Origin: an uncultured Candidatus Entotheonella sp.
Lineage (GTDB): Bacteria > Tectomicrobia > Entotheonellia > Entotheonellales > Entotheonellaceae
Reading direction: 5' to 3'
Assembly: GCA_965215335.1 (NCBI GenBank)
Contig: CBDCDA010000001.1
Coordinates: 1 to 64,000, forward strand
DNA: 64,000 bases
The notes beneath the pieces are model-generated. The model was not told where the DNA came from. It saw nothing but the letters and a program-made list of their open reading frames with translations, and searched no databases. The position numbers and the translations under genes are program-made. Of the stretch, positions 28,516 through 42,297 are shown in pieces. Numbering within the stretch: position 1 is the first letter of the stretch; each line of letters opens with the position of its first letter.

Positions 28516-29559
28516 ATGAGTGAAGCGACGAACGGCAACGTGAACGGTACCGCGGCGGTTCTGACACGCAAGGATTTCACCTCCGACCAGGAGGTGCGGT
28601 GGTGCCCGGGATGCGGTGACTATTCGGTCCTGGCGCAGACCCAGAAGGTCATGCCGGACCTGGGCGTACCGCGCGAGAAGATCGTCTTTGTATCCGGCAT
28701 CGGCTGTTCGAGCCGTTTTCCCTATTACATGCAGACCTACGGCTTCCACACCATTCACGGGCGCGCGCCGGCCATCGCCACGGGCCTGAAAGCCAGCCGC
28801 CCCGACCTGATGGTGTGGGTGATCACCGGTGACGGTGATGCCCTGAGCATCGGCGGCAACCATATCCTGCACGTGCTGCGGCGCAACGTTGACGTCAAGA
28901 TCGTGCTGTTCAACAACCGCATCTACGGTCTCACCAAGGGCCAGTACTCGCCCACGTCGGAACTCGGCAAGAAGGTCAAGTCGGCCCCCATGGGGGTGCC
29001 CGACGCACCGCTGTCGCCGCTGTCGGTTGCCATTGGCGCCGAAGCGACGTTCGTCGCCCGCACGGTCGATACGGACACCAAACACCTGGTCGCGACGCTG
29101 GAGCGTGCTGCGGCTCACAAAGGCACGGCGTTTGTCGAGGTGTATCAGAACTGCAACATCTACAACGACCGCGCCTTTGCCTACATGACGGAGCGCAGCG
29201 TGCGCGACGACCGCACGCTGTACCTGCAGCACGGCGAACCGATGCGCTTTGGCAAGGCGCGCCAGCGCGGCATCCGGTTGCGCGGCCTGGAGCCGCAAGT
29301 GGTGACGCTTGGCGAGGACGGCGTCGGCGAAGAGGACCTGCTGCGGCACGATGAGCACAAGCCGGAAGGGACTCTGGCGTATCTGCTCAGCCGCCTGGAT
29401 TATCCCGACTTTCCGGTGCCGGTCGGGGTGCTCCGGGACGTGCAGCGTCCGACGTATGACGGCCTCCTGGAGGAACAGGAGGCGCAGGCTCGGCAGCGCC
29501 ACGGCACGGGTGATCTGGACGCCTTGTTCAACCAGGGCGATACCTGGGTCGTGGGGTAG
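28516..29559 (+). CDS. korB: 2-oxoacid:ferredoxin oxidoreductase beta subunit
   Basis: WCPGCGD, SGIGCSSR, HGRA, GDGDALSIGGNH, YGLTKGQ. Confidence 0.95.
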   Translation: MSEATNGNVNGTAAVLTRKDFTSDQEVRWCPGCGDYSVLAQTQKVMPDLGVPREKIVFVSGIGCSSRFPYYMQTYGFHTIHGRAPAIATGLKASRPDLMVWVITGDGDALSIGGNHILHVLRRNVDVKIVLFNNRIYGLTKGQYSPTSELGKKVKSAPMGVPDAPLSPLSVAIGAEATFVARTVDTDTKHLVATLERAAAHKGTAFVEVYQNCNIYNDRAFAYMTERSVRDDRTLYLQHGEPMRFGKARQRGIRLRGLEPQVVTLGEDGVGEEDLLRHDEHKPEGTLAYLLSRLDYPDFPVPVGVLRDVQRPTYDGLLEEQEAQARQRHGTGDLDALFNQGDTWVVG

Positions 29560-29568
29560 GCACGAGCG

Positions 29569-32391
<2,823 letters not shown>

Positions 32392-32437
32392 GGAGCAAAC
32401 CTCGTTGGCGTTGCAAATGGTCGGGTGCCTGCCGGAA

Positions 32438-33505
32438 CTACTTCTTCTGGCGGCGCTGACGGGAAGCCCGGGCCAGATTCTCCAGCATCGGCTCCGTCGT
32501 CTCCCAAGACATGCAAGCGTCGGTGATGCTTTGCCCATAGGTCAACGCCTGCACGTCGTCGCCAAGGGGCTGGTTGCCCTCGACCAGGTGACTTTCCATC
32601 ATGACGCCGAAGACGTGGGAAGACCCGGAACTGACCTGCTCGGCGAGGGACGCCACAACGGCGGGTTGATGGGCGTGCTGCTTGCGGCTGTTGCCGTGAC
32701 TGCAGTCCACCATCACGCGGCGCGCCAGGCCGGCCGAGCCGAGTTTTTCCGCCACGCTGGCGACGCTCTCGCGGTCGAAATTGGTGCCGGCGTTGGAGCC
32801 GCGCAGGATCACGTGGCAGGACTTGTTGCCGGAGGTCTCGACGATGGCCGCGACGCCTTGCTTGGTAACGCCGAGGAAGTGGTGCGGGCGCTGGGCGGCG
32901 CCGATCGCGTCGATGGCGATCTGGATATTGCCGTCCGTGCCGTTCTTGAAGCCGACGGGCATTGACAGCCCGGAGGCCAGTTCCCGGTGCACCTGGCTTT
33001 CGGTGGTGCGGGCGCCGATGGCACCCCAGGAAATGAGGTCGGCGGTGAACTGCGGGGTGATGGTATCAAGGAATTCCGACCCCGCCGGCACACCCATGTT
33101 GCCTAGATCGAGCAGCAGGCGCCGGGCCTTGCGCAGCCCCTGGTTGATGGCGAAGCTGCCGTTGAGGTTCGGATCGTTGATGAGGCCCTTCCAGCCCACG
33201 GTGGTGCGGGGCTTCTCGAAGTAGACCCGCATGATCACGCACAGGTCGTCGCTCAGGCGATCGGCGCACTTGGACAACAGGCCGGCGTATTCGATGGCCG
33301 CTTCGGTGTCGTGGATGGAGCAGGGGCCGACAATGGCCAGGAGCCGGGCGTCCTGGTCGCTCACGATGGCGGTGGCCTCCTGACGGGCCCTGGCCACCGT
33401 TTCCGATGCCTTTTCCGTGATGGGCAACTCTTCCTCGACCAGCACCGCTGGCGGAATCAGAGGCCGCTGATTGGCGATGCGAAGATCGTCCGTGCGCTGG
33501 AGCAT
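32438..33505 (-). CDS. aroG: DAHP synthase, class I-alpha (AroF/G/H type)
   Basis: [47 protein letters not shown]; isozyme assignment uncertain. Confidence 0.93.
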   Translation of the reverse strand: MLQRTDDLRIANQRPLIPPAVLVEEELPITEKASETVARARQEATAIVSDQDARLLAIVGPCSIHDTEAAIEYAGLLSKCADRLSDDLCVIMRVYFEKPRTTVGWKGLINDPNLNGSFAINQGLRKARRLLLDLGNMGVPAGSEFLDTITPQFTADLISWGAIGARTTESQVHRELASGLSMPVGFKNGTDGNIQIAIDAIGAAQRPHHFLGVTKQGVAAIVETSGNKSCHVILRGSNAGTNFDRESVASVAEKLGSAGLARRVMVDCSHGNSRKQHAHQPAVVASLAEQVSSGSSHVFGVMMESHLVEGNQPLGDDVQALTYGQSITDACMSWETTEPMLENLARASRQRRQKK

Positions 33506-33715
33506 GGGGTGGTTTTCCTCTTCTGAGGTCAACAGATCACGTGCCGTGCACATTGGCCGTCAGGGTGTCGAATGGCCGTCATGCTACGTCCGAATCCGCC
33601 AGCGGTCAAGGCGCCGTGCGGGTGAAGCGACTGGCGCAATGATGCCTGGAACAACTGGAAGGAACGAGGGCGTCAGCGGCGCCAGGCCGTCACGCTCCTT
33701 GAGGTTTGCGGCGAC

Positions 33716-34615
33716 TTACTTGATCGCCCCCGCCGTCAGGCCGGAGACATAGTAATCCATGAAGAACGCATAGAGCACGATGACGGGTATGGAACCCATC
33801 AGGCAGGCGGCCATCAGCGAGCCCCAGAAGTAGATGTCGCCGCGCACCAGTTCCGTGAGCACGCCGACCGACAGGGTCTTCTGGATATCGTCCTGGATGA
33901 ACACGAAGGAGTACAGGAACTCGTTCCAGCACAGGGTGAACGAGAACAGCACGGCGCAGGCCACCCCCGGCAGGGCCATCGGCAGGACGATGGTGACCAG
34001 GGTGCGCATGCGGCTGGCGCCGTCGATGTAGGCGCACTCCTCGACCTCGAACGGCACGGTGCGGAAATAGCCCATCAACAGCCAGGTGACGAACGGGATC
34101 AGAAACGTCGGGTAGGTGAGGATCAGCGACCAGTAGGTGTCGCGGATCGGTATGAAATCGTCGATGAAATTGATCACGTTGATGAGCGGCAGGAACAGCA
34201 GGGCCTGCGGCACCAGGTAGGTGACGAACACCGCCACCCCGAACGCCTCGACGCCCCGGAAGCGCAGCCGGGCGAGGGCATAGGCCGCCAGGATGCCGAC
34301 CGCCACGGAGATGAGCGTCGAGGCGGCAGTGACGATGAACGTGTTCAGCAGCCAGTAGTCGAAGAAGTGGGTCTTTTCGGCCAGGTAGACGTAATTATCC
34401 AGCGTGATGCCGGTGGCCCAGAACGGCGACGCGCCGAGGTTGTTGATCTCCTGCTTCGACTTCAGGGAGGTGATGAACATGATGTACAGGGGGAAGAGAG
34501 AAAAGGCGATGTAAGGGACGAGACCGGCATACGTCACGACCTCCTTGCGGATGCGCCACATGGGCGTTTTGGCCTGCGCCCCCAGTCCCACCTCGCTGAT
34601 GCTGCTAGACGCCAT
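33716..34615 (-). CDS. Carbohydrate ABC transporter permease
   Basis: EECAYIDGAS loop, WNEFL, GLTAGAIK. Confidence 0.92.
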   Translation of the reverse strand: MASSSISEVGLGAQAKTPMWRIRKEVVTYAGLVPYIAFSLFPLYIMFITSLKSKQEINNLGASPFWATGITLDNYVYLAEKTHFFDYWLLNTFIVTAASTLISVAVGILAAYALARLRFRGVEAFGVAVFVTYLVPQALLFLPLINVINFIDDFIPIRDTYWSLILTYPTFLIPFVTWLLMGYFRTVPFEVEECAYIDGASRMRTLVTIVLPMALPGVACAVLFSFTLCWNEFLYSFVFIQDDIQKTLSVGVLTELVRGDIYFWGSLMAACLMGSIPVIVLYAFFMDYYVSGLTAGAIK

Positions 34616-35642
34616 AGCCCGTCTCCTTTCGTACCATCTTGAGCTGCAGGATCACCACCAGCAGCAGGATGGGAAACAAGAAGAGGGAGATGGCTGCCCC
34701 GAGGCCGATCTCGTGGTTGAGAATGCCGACCGTGAATGAATAGGTGGCAAAGAGATGGGTGTAGTTCATCGGTCCCCCGCGTGTCAGCACGTACACGATG
34801 CCGAAGTCGGCCAGGGTGAAGATGGTGGAGAAGAGGATGACCACGGCCATGACCGGACGCAGCAGCGGCAGCGTCACGTGCCAGAATTTGCGCAGCGTGG
34901 AGGCGCCGTCTGTTTCCGCCGCTTCGTAGAGCTGCTCCGGGATGGCCACCAGGCCCGCAAAGATGGTGACGGCAAAGAACGGCATGCCGCGCCAGAAATT
35001 CACGAAGATGACCGAAGTCAGGGCCAGGTTGGGATTGCCCAGCCACTGGTAGGGTCCCAGGCCGAGGAGATTGAGTGGCCAGACGTTCGCCAGCAGCCAG
35101 TTGATGTGGCTGTAGGTCGGGTCGAAGATCAGCCACCAGCCCAGCGTCGTGAGCACGGTGGGCGCGACGAACGGCACCAGGATCGATCCTCGAATGAAGC
35201 GCTTCATCCGGGTCGCCCGCTGCATCAACAGCGCCGCCCCGAGCCCGAAAACGCCCTTCAGAACGACCGAAAAGATGGCGAACAAGAGGGTGTTGCGCAC
35301 CGTCAGCAGGAAGATGTCATCGGCGAGCGACAGGTCCCAGGAAAAACCCGTGAACTTGAGGTACCAGGGGAGGGCCTCGCCCTCGTACATGATGCCGAAG
35401 AGGTACATGAAATTTTCCAGGCCGACCCACCGGCCCTGTTCGCCAATCACGGCGTCGCTCAGGCTGAACCAGATGGCCAGAAAGAAGGGATAGACGACCA
35501 GGCAGACCATGATGACGACGGCGGGCAGGATGAAGCCGAAACCGTCCAGGTCAGGACCGAACGAGCGGCGCCAGCGTTGTCGATTCGCCGCCGTCAGGTC
35601 TCGACCGAAAAGAACCTGTTCTCTTGTGTTGGAGATCGCCAT
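34605..35642 (-). CDS. Carbohydrate ABC transporter permease
   Basis: WVGLENF, LYEAAETDGAS, TRGGP. Confidence 0.92.
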   Translation of the reverse strand: MAISNTREQVLFGRDLTAANRQRWRRSFGPDLDGFGFILPAVVIMVCLVVYPFFLAIWFSLSDAVIGEQGRWVGLENFMYLFGIMYEGEALPWYLKFTGFSWDLSLADDIFLLTVRNTLLFAIFSVVLKGVFGLGAALLMQRATRMKRFIRGSILVPFVAPTVLTTLGWWLIFDPTYSHINWLLANVWPLNLLGLGPYQWLGNPNLALTSVIFVNFWRGMPFFAVTIFAGLVAIPEQLYEAAETDGASTLRKFWHVTLPLLRPVMAVVILFSTIFTLADFGIVYVLTRGGPMNYTHLFATYSFTVGILNHEIGLGAAISLFLFPILLLVVILQLKMVRKETGYGV

Positions 35643-35691
35643 CCTTTGACCTCTCTTTTGGGGAACTGAAGAATTTCCTCAGCAAGGAGGG

Positions 35692-35732
35692 AAAAAACGC
35701 CGGCGCTGGTAGCGGTTGCTGCCCGGCGCCGG
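35692..35732 (-). terminator. Stem-loop with U-tract after the solute-binding protein gene
   Basis: GC-rich stem (CCGGCGC..GCGCCGG) followed by T6 on the minus strand. Confidence 0.55.
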
Positions 35733-35755
35733 GCAATCACGACGCGACCCGTCGG

Positions 35756-37096
35756 CTAGCTGTGCCGCCGATAGAGCCGTTTCATCTGCATCTCCGCCTT
35801 CTTCACCGCTTGCTCGGCCGTCATCCTGCCGATGGCGCACGCCGCTGCGGTGTCCGGGATGATGAACTGTCGCCACACGGTCTCGGATGCGGCATTCGGG
35901 GTGCCCGGCCAACCCGGAGCGTGGGTGTACCAGCCGATGTACGGAGCGAAATAGTACTTGGAATTCGACGCGTAGATCGGGTGCATGGAAAAGGTGCGCA
36001 TCAGCGGCTGGTTGTAGCCCTCGCTGGCGGTCAGGTGCTTCTCCTGCTGCTCCTTCTGGAAATGGAAGTCCAGAAACTCCTTGGCGAGATCCTGGTTGTT
36101 GGAAAACTTCCAGACGCCGATGGTGTTGTAGGCCGCCGACATGTGGCGTCCGGCAGGTCCGGCTGGCGGCATGATGTGATCGATGACCTGATGGACCGGG
36201 CGCTCGGTGCCGGGTATCAGGGCATTATCGGTGCGCGCCGAGTTGTAGGCGCTGATCGGGTTGAGGATCATGCTGCACTTGCCGGAATTGAGGCACACGT
36301 TGTTGTTGCGGTCGTCCCAGGCCAGCACTTCCTCTTCCATGGCGTCGTTGTAAAGGGCCTTGACGAATTTGTACGCCTCGATGGTCTCCGGCGAGTTCAC
36401 CGCCACGGTCTTGCTGTCCGCTTCCACCAGCTTGCCGCCCCAGCTCCAGATGATGCCGCGCAGGATGTGGTTGGCGTCTTCCGAGTGGCTCAACTGGATG
36501 CCGATGGGGTGTCCCTTGGCCTTGAGTTGCATGCCGATGCGGTGGACGTCTTCCCAGGTGTCCGGCAGCGTCTCGCCAATCTCGGCGACGAGGTCGGTAC
36601 GTACGGCAATAGGGAAGGAGATGAAGAACCACGGCATCGCCCGGTAGTGACCCTCACCGTCGCGCCCGACGATGTTGTCCGTCAATCCGCCGGCGCGCCG
36701 GCCCACCTTTTCGACCAGGTCGTCGAGGTTGACCAGGTGCTTCCTGTACAGGTCCGGCATGCCGACCCCCAGGGCGGTGAGGTCATGCCCCTTTTGCCCC
36801 TGCACCTCGCTGGCCAGCACCGCCGGGAGTTGCAGGTGCGCCACGCGGTCCATGCGAACCTTGACGCCGGCCATCTGGCCGAACTCTTCGAGTTGCCGCT
36901 TGAGTTCCTCGTCGGAGGTGGGAACGAAATGCGAGAACGTGATCAGTCGGAGCTCACGGTCCTGCCCGATGGCCGGGGGCGTTCTGGCGAGCAGCATGCC
37001 GGCGACCCCGGCAGAGGTTGCCACCGATGAACGCAAGAAGCTGCGCCGGGAGGCGGGACCGGCCAAACGGGTCGTCATCTCGTAGGGCGTTACCAT
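35756..37096 (-). CDS. ABC transporter solute-binding protein (Tat signal)
   Basis: SRRSFLR twin-arginine motif, PDTWED, WDDRNNN; upstream of two permeases. Confidence 0.9.
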   Translation of the reverse strand: MVTPYEMTTRLAGPASRRSFLRSSVATSAGVAGMLLARTPPAIGQDRELRLITFSHFVPTSDEELKRQLEEFGQMAGVKVRMDRVAHLQLPAVLASEVQGQKGHDLTALGVGMPDLYRKHLVNLDDLVEKVGRRAGGLTDNIVGRDGEGHYRAMPWFFISFPIAVRTDLVAEIGETLPDTWEDVHRIGMQLKAKGHPIGIQLSHSEDANHILRGIIWSWGGKLVEADSKTVAVNSPETIEAYKFVKALYNDAMEEEVLAWDDRNNNVCLNSGKCSMILNPISAYNSARTDNALIPGTERPVHQVIDHIMPPAGPAGRHMSAAYNTIGVWKFSNNQDLAKEFLDFHFQKEQQEKHLTASEGYNQPLMRTFSMHPIYASNSKYYFAPYIGWYTHAPGWPGTPNAASETVWRQFIIPDTAAACAIGRMTAEQAVKKAEMQMKRLYRRHS

Positions 37097-37173
37097 ACGA
37101 CTTCTCCACAAGTTTGAGGATGTTGGCTCGAATTGGGGAATCGCGTTTCTATAGCATGACGGCTTTGGGCGTG

Positions 37174-37515
37174 TCAATCGCTATCGCGCGGCGGTGGCGG
37201 CCTCCCGGCGGCCTCGAATTCCGCCTCGGTCTGAAGCTGTCCACCCTGGACCTGGCGCTCGACAATGTTCATGCGGCGGTCGAATCCCAGGGTGACGCGG
37301 ATGCGCTGGAAACAGCGGTCGCCAACGACGTCCTTGTGTACAGCGTAGGCGGCTCCTCCCTCGCCAGGGTCGAGCAGGTTGCTCGCCACGTCATAGCGTC
37401 GATCGACACGCACGCGGATCGCTTCGCCGCAGCGACCGCACTTCACGTTCAGCCACAAGGCGTTATCCGCTTCCTGAGCCGCGGGCCATGCAAACAGGCG
37501 TCGCAACCAGCGCAT
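37174..37515 (-). CDS. Hypothetical Zn-ribbon protein
   Basis: VKCGRCGEAIRVRV, later RCF. Confidence 0.65.
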   Translation of the reverse strand: MRWLRRLFAWPAAQEADNALWLNVKCGRCGEAIRVRVDRRYDVASNLLDPGEGGAAYAVHKDVVGDRCFQRIRVTLGFDRRMNIVERQVQGGQLQTEAEFEAAGRPPPPRDSD

Positions 37516-37548
37516 CGCGTCCCTCCTCGCGGTTGCCGCCAGGCGGCA

Positions 37549-38598
37549 TCAATTGACCGTGACCCCGTACTCGGCCGCCGATGACCTGATCTGGCTCCAG
37601 GTCTCGTCGTCGACCCCGATGCCGTTGGCGCGGCGGGCCTGCTCCTGACGGCTTTCGATCTCACCGGGGAGCAGGATTTCGCTGAATCCTTCCATCGGCC
37701 TGGCGCTCTTGACGTAGGCCGTGAAGTCGTCCACCTCGCGGGTGAAGTCTGCCAGCGGGGTGAACGCCGAGATGTTGAGCACCAGCATGAACACGCCGTT
37801 ACCGCTGCGCGTCGGGTTGGGTTGGGCGCAGCCGGCGCGCGTCAACGCGCCGCTGAGGATTTCGATGATGAGCGCCAGGCCGTAGCCTTTGTGACCCTCG
37901 CTCAGCCCGCCGAGGGGCAGAATGGCACCGCGTGGCGTGGTGTAGAGATCATTCGGGTCCGTGGTCGGGACGCCCTGGTTGTTGACCAGCCAGCCCATCG
38001 GCGCCGGCAATCCCTGGTTGCGCTTGACCCGCACCTTGCCTTCCGCCACCACGCTGGTGGCGATGTCGAGCACGATCGGCCCGCCCTGTCCGGTGGGGAT
38101 GCCGACGGAAATGGGATTGGTCACCATGCGGCCCTCGGCGCCGCCAAAGGGCGCGACGATGGCGCCTGCGCCGTGGCCGTTGACCATGGTGATGCCGACC
38201 ATGCCGCGTGCCGCCGCCATGGCCGGGTACTCGCCCAGGCGTCCGATGTGATTGCAGTTGTGAATCCCCACCGAACTCACCGCCTGCGTCGCGGCCTTGT
38301 CCATGGCCATCTCCATGGCTCGCGTTCCCGCCGTCTGGCCGTAGCCCCAATTGGCGTTCAGCACCGCCGTTGCAGGCGTTTCCTGTACCACGTCCAGGGC
38401 CGCTCCGGGCACGCAGTTGCCCTTCTTGACGTCGGCCAGATATTGCGGGATGCGAATGACGCCGTGGGAGTCGTGGCCCATCAGGTTGGCCGTCACCAGG
38501 TAGCGGCTGATCAGGCTCGCTTCCTCCGCGGCGGAGCCGGCACCCTGGAAAATACGTTGGGTCGTTGCTTCGAGTTCTTCCGCCTGCAAAGTTGGCAT
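37549..38598 (-). CDS. Ldh_2 (malate/L-lactate/sulfolactate dehydrogenase-type) oxidoreductase
   Basis: GHDSHGVIR, NHIGRLG, TNPIS, LDIATS, GHKGYGL, LPGEIE. Confidence 0.92.
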   Translation of the reverse strand: MPTLQAEELEATTQRIFQGAGSAAEEASLISRYLVTANLMGHDSHGVIRIPQYLADVKKGNCVPGAALDVVQETPATAVLNANWGYGQTAGTRAMEMAMDKAATQAVSSVGIHNCNHIGRLGEYPAMAAARGMVGITMVNGHGAGAIVAPFGGAEGRMVTNPISVGIPTGQGGPIVLDIATSVVAEGKVRVKRNQGLPAPMGWLVNNQGVPTTDPNDLYTTPRGAILPLGGLSEGHKGYGLALIIEILSGALTRAGCAQPNPTRSGNGVFMLVLNISAFTPLADFTREVDDFTAYVKSARPMEGFSEILLPGEIESRQEQARRANGIGVDDETWSQIRSSAAEYGVTVN

Positions 38599-38725
38599 GC
38601 GTGGGTCCTTCCTTACGATGTGTCGCGAGGTATGAGGATCGTGTGGGGCAACGTGCGGGCAGTGTAACAGGGCGCCCTTGGCGCGGCAACAGCCCGGCGC
38701 CGGGTTCGTGGGGGTTCGTGCAGGC

Positions 38726-39343
38726 TCAAAAGAAGTCCTGCACGGTCTCCTTCAGCCACAGGTAGCTCTTGTACCCGAAAAAGACGATCAGCAGGGAGAT
38801 GAAGAGCGCCAGCAGGCTGCCCAGAATTCCGGCGAGCAGCAGCACGCCGTCGTCTTCCAGCAACGAAAAGCCGATGAGGAAAATGCCGAATGCCGGTGCC
38901 GTGTTGGTTCCCGGAATCGGCAGCAGCATGGAGCCCGCCAGCGCGCAGATGATGAGGCCGATAACGACGCGCATGGCCGGCGCCCGCACCAGCCCGACGA
39001 GGCGCGGGCTGGAAAACCGTTCGACAACCTGCACGAGACGCAGCATGGCGTCCACCACGCGGCGATTGAAGCGGGCGGTGTTAAAGGGCCTTCGCCGCAG
39101 TCTGGCGGGCAGCCAAAGGTTATCGTATCCCGCCAGCAGGCGCAGGCCGATGATCAGCAGTGGGACCGACAGCAGGGTGGAGTATCCGGCAGCCGGCAGG
39201 GGCAGCGCCGCCGGGACGGAAAACAGGATCAGAATGACCGCCATGCCGTGGCGGTCGAGCTCCTCGACCAGTTCGCCGCAGGTGATAGGGTCTCGGTCGG
39301 GGTCGAAGACGTGCTCGATGATGCTGGAGAGCGCTGGCTTCAC
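38726..39343 (-). CDS. exoD: Exopolysaccharide synthesis ExoD family membrane protein
   Basis: PAALPLPA, WLP, LPIPGTNTAP, EDDG. Confidence 0.85.
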   Translation of the reverse strand: MKPALSSIIEHVFDPDRDPITCGELVEELDRHGMAVILILFSVPAALPLPAAGYSTLLSVPLLIIGLRLLAGYDNLWLPARLRRRPFNTARFNRRVVDAMLRLVQVVERFSSPRLVGLVRAPAMRVVIGLIICALAGSMLLPIPGTNTAPAFGIFLIGFSLLEDDGVLLLAGILGSLLALFISLLIVFFGYKSYLWLKETVQDFF

Positions 39344-39444
39344 GTCACGGTCCTGTTGATGCTGAACGATCTCAAGGGTCAGGGGAGGGCGGCGGGTTGC
39401 GGGGGCGGTTTGATACGGTCAGGTTCTTCGTGTATAGTCCGCGC

Positions 39445-39825
39445 ATGGACCGTAACACCCGGCAACGCCAAGCGATACGCAGGATTTTTGAAGAAGCCGA
39501 TCGCCCGCTGAGTCCCCAGGAAGTGCTCCCGGCGGCCCAATCATACGTGCCGGGGCTGGGCATCGCCACGGTGTACCGCAACCTCAAGGTGCTGGTTGCC
39601 GATGGCTGGCTGGAGTCGGTCGCCTTGCCCGGTGAATCGCCGCGCTACGAGGTGGCGGGCAAACGGCACCACCATCACTTCCGCTGTCGCACCTGCGATC
39701 GCGTCTTTGAAATCGATGGCTGTTCCACGAACCTGGTGGTGCAACTCACCCCGCGTGGTTTCCGCCTTGAAGGCCACGACGTCGTGCTGTACGGCCTCTG
39801 TATGGCCTGTTCCGAAATCGTCTAA
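39445..39825 (+). CDS. Fur family transcriptional regulator
   Basis: TRQRQAI, IATVYRNL, HHHHFRCRTC, YGLCMAC. Confidence 0.93.
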   Translation: MDRNTRQRQAIRRIFEEADRPLSPQEVLPAAQSYVPGLGIATVYRNLKVLVADGWLESVALPGESPRYEVAGKRHHHHFRCRTCDRVFEIDGCSTNLVVQLTPRGFRLEGHDVVLYGLCMACSEIV

Positions 39826-39841
39826 GGCGCCGGGCGGCGCA

Positions 39842-40153
39842 TCATGCGGAAGTCCGAAAAGCGTTGGTCGCGGTAACCAGGGCTGGCGTCCCGCCGAACA
39901 GATAGGCCACTTCCACCGTTTCCGTTATTTCCGCTTCAGATGCCCCGGCCGCCCGGGCGCGGTTGGCGATGGTGGCCACCCCCTCCGGGTGTGCCATGAT
40001 GGCGTCCACGAGCATGGTCATGAGGATCTTGTACCTGGCCGGGATGGCCCCGTCGGCAAGTATCCGCCGTCGCTGGGCGAGGTACGTGTCGCTGAATTCG
40101 GGGGCGCGCTGCTGCAGGCCGGCGATCCATTCCGGCAGGGCGGGCTGGTCCAT
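39842..40153 (-). CDS. Carboxymuconolactone decarboxylase/AhpD-like protein
   Basis: DGAIPARYKIL, ARAAGASEAEI..V..A..GG. Confidence 0.8.
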   Translation of the reverse strand: MDQPALPEWIAGLQQRAPEFSDTYLAQRRRILADGAIPARYKILMTMLVDAIMAHPEGVATIANRARAAGASEAEITETVEVAYLFGGTPALVTATNAFRTSA

Positions 40154-40231
40154 TATCGGTTTTCCTAATGGAGGCGGGGATCGGTCATTGGATACGCCAG
40201 AGGCTCCGAACCTAACCTAGGGGGTTCCGCA

Positions 40232-41785
40232 GTGGAAGTCAAGCGCGGAGATCTCCATGGATGGCCCGCGGCGGGCGGCTGGGAACCGAACGACGGCGGG
40301 GTGGCTGAAGCGCCGCTCGACTGGCAACGCCTGATCCCGGAAAAATTGCTGCATTGTCTCTGGTTCGACTCCCGCTGGCGTCCCACCGCCTTGCGCACCC
40401 TGGATGGCCAACGGATTACCGTGCATTCTCCCGGACGCTGGAACGTCCACCCCGGCCCCGACTTTCGGCAGGCCACGATCACCTTCGCCGATGGTGAGCG
40501 TCGCCGCGGCGACGTGGAAATCCACCGCTACGCTTCCGGCTGGACGGCCCACCGGCATCACGGCGACCCACGTTACAACAACGTGATGCTGCACGTGTTT
40601 CTGTGGAATGACCGCAAGGAGCTGGTGGCCGTGCGGGCCGACGGACAGACCATCCCTCAGGTCGCCCTGGAAAACTGCCTGTCACGCCCACTGCTGACGT
40701 ATCGCACCGATGTTGTCCTGGAAGACTATCCGCGCAAGAATGTGCCGTTTCCTGGCCGCTGCTACGAGGCCTTGCGGCGCCTGGAACCTGAGCAGGTGCG
40801 CGCCTTTCTGGACCGCGCCGGCGACGTGCGCCTGCGGCAACGCATGTGGCGATGGGCGCCGCGGGTGTCCGAAGCGGGCCTGGAACAGGCGTTGTACGAG
40901 GCGGTTCTACGGGGACTGGGCTCGACGGGACACCGGCAGCATTTCCAGGAACTGGCCCGCGCCGTTTCCTGGCGGGAAGCACAGGACTGCCTGGGCGGCG
41001 TGCCGGCAGCAGCGCGCCGGCTGGCGGCCGAGGCGCTGCTTCTCGGCGTGGCGGGCCTGCTTCCCGACCCCGCCGACCACTTTGACGCCGACACCCGGCG
41101 CTACGTCGAAGATGTGCAGGAGCACTGGCTTGGCTTTCCCGCTGCCATCCGGCAGCGGGCCTGGCACACGGTCAACTGGCGTCAACCCAACGTGCGTCCG
41201 GCCAACAGCCCCGAACGCCGTCTCGCGGGCATGGCCTGCCTGCTGGACGCCTGCCACGGCACGACGTTGATCGATGTCAGCGCGTCGCTGTGCGGTCGTT
41301 CGGCAGCCGACAATGCCCGGCCCCGCGAGCTTTGCAACGCCCTGGCCGACTTGCTGACCTGCGGCGGGCCGTCGTACTGGACCGGTCGGGCGCGTTTCGG
41401 AAGCCGCGAGGGACGCCCGCAGCACCTCATCGGCGCCGGCCGGGCACGCACGGTTGTCGTGGACGCTCTCCTGCCCGTGCTGCTGCTCCATGCCCGGCAT
41501 CACGCCGATACGTCCCTGCGCGACACGCTCCTGGCCTGTTACGAAGCGACGCCGCGCCTGCCCGACAACCACGCGCTGCGCTACATGGCGCGCCGCCTGC
41601 TGGGGGATGACGCGTCGCTGCTCTCCCTGGTTACGGGGGCTCGCCAGCAACAGGGCCTGTTGCAGGTGCTGACCGATTACTGCGGCAACGACGAGGGGGA
41701 CTGCCAGGGATGCGACTTTCCGCTGCAAGCCTCAAATCCGGGTCGTGCTCAGCAGCCAGTCGTTGAGATCCGCCACAACACCTGA
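40232..41785 (+). CDS. DUF2851 family protein
   Basis: EKLLHCLW, PGRWN.HPGPDF, GDVEIH, W..HRH..DPRYNNVMLHV, RPANSPERR, QQGLLQ, C..C. Confidence 0.8.
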   Translation: MEVKRGDLHGWPAAGGWEPNDGGVAEAPLDWQRLIPEKLLHCLWFDSRWRPTALRTLDGQRITVHSPGRWNVHPGPDFRQATITFADGERRRGDVEIHRYASGWTAHRHHGDPRYNNVMLHVFLWNDRKELVAVRADGQTIPQVALENCLSRPLLTYRTDVVLEDYPRKNVPFPGRCYEALRRLEPEQVRAFLDRAGDVRLRQRMWRWAPRVSEAGLEQALYEAVLRGLGSTGHRQHFQELARAVSWREAQDCLGGVPAAARRLAAEALLLGVAGLLPDPADHFDADTRRYVEDVQEHWLGFPAAIRQRAWHTVNWRQPNVRPANSPERRLAGMACLLDACHGTTLIDVSASLCGRSAADNARPRELCNALADLLTCGGPSYWTGRARFGSREGRPQHLIGAGRARTVVVDALLPVLLLHARHHADTSLRDTLLACYEATPRLPDNHALRYMARRLLGDDASLLSLVTGARQQQGLLQVLTDYCGNDEGDCQGCDFPLQASNPGRAQQPVVEIRHNT

Positions 41786-41911
41786 TAATTCGTTCCGGTC
41801 ATCCGTTGTCGTGAGGACTGCAAACTTCACGCACCAGGAGCCGTCCTAGCAGACGCCCTGGGCGCCTCGGCTTGTCCATAGCCATGGCTGGCCAGACGGG
41901 GCCGCTGCTTC

Positions 41912-42256
41912 TCATGCCGGGTTGCCGGGCGCGGCAGGCGGGTGGCCTTGCTCTGCCGGAAACGAGACCGGAAGGTCTCGTGAAAAATCTGACCGGTCGT
42001 CCGAAAGCTCCAGATAATCCTTGCCGTCCGTGAGCAATGCCGCTACCGAGTTGATCTCCGCGCCGAAGAGCCGCTCGGTGGGCGTCATGTGATGCAGGCC
42101 GGCTGCCACCTCGCACCAGTTCTTTTCGGTATAAGCCCGGGCCAGGACGGCAAGGGCCGGGCCGGACTGCGGTTCGCGGGCGAGGCTGGCCAGATTGGGA
42201 TAAAACAGACTGGTTCCGACGGTGCAGAGAAGCGTGCGAGGTTGCGGTTTGGGCAT
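41912..42256 (-). pseudogene. Truncated CRISPR-associated APE2256-family (CARF) protein
   Basis: LLCTVGTSL and GAEINS motifs; only 114 aa. Confidence 0.65.
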
Positions 42257-42297
42257 GGGGGCCTTTCAATGATTGACGGGTTGTAATCCCTTCCTCA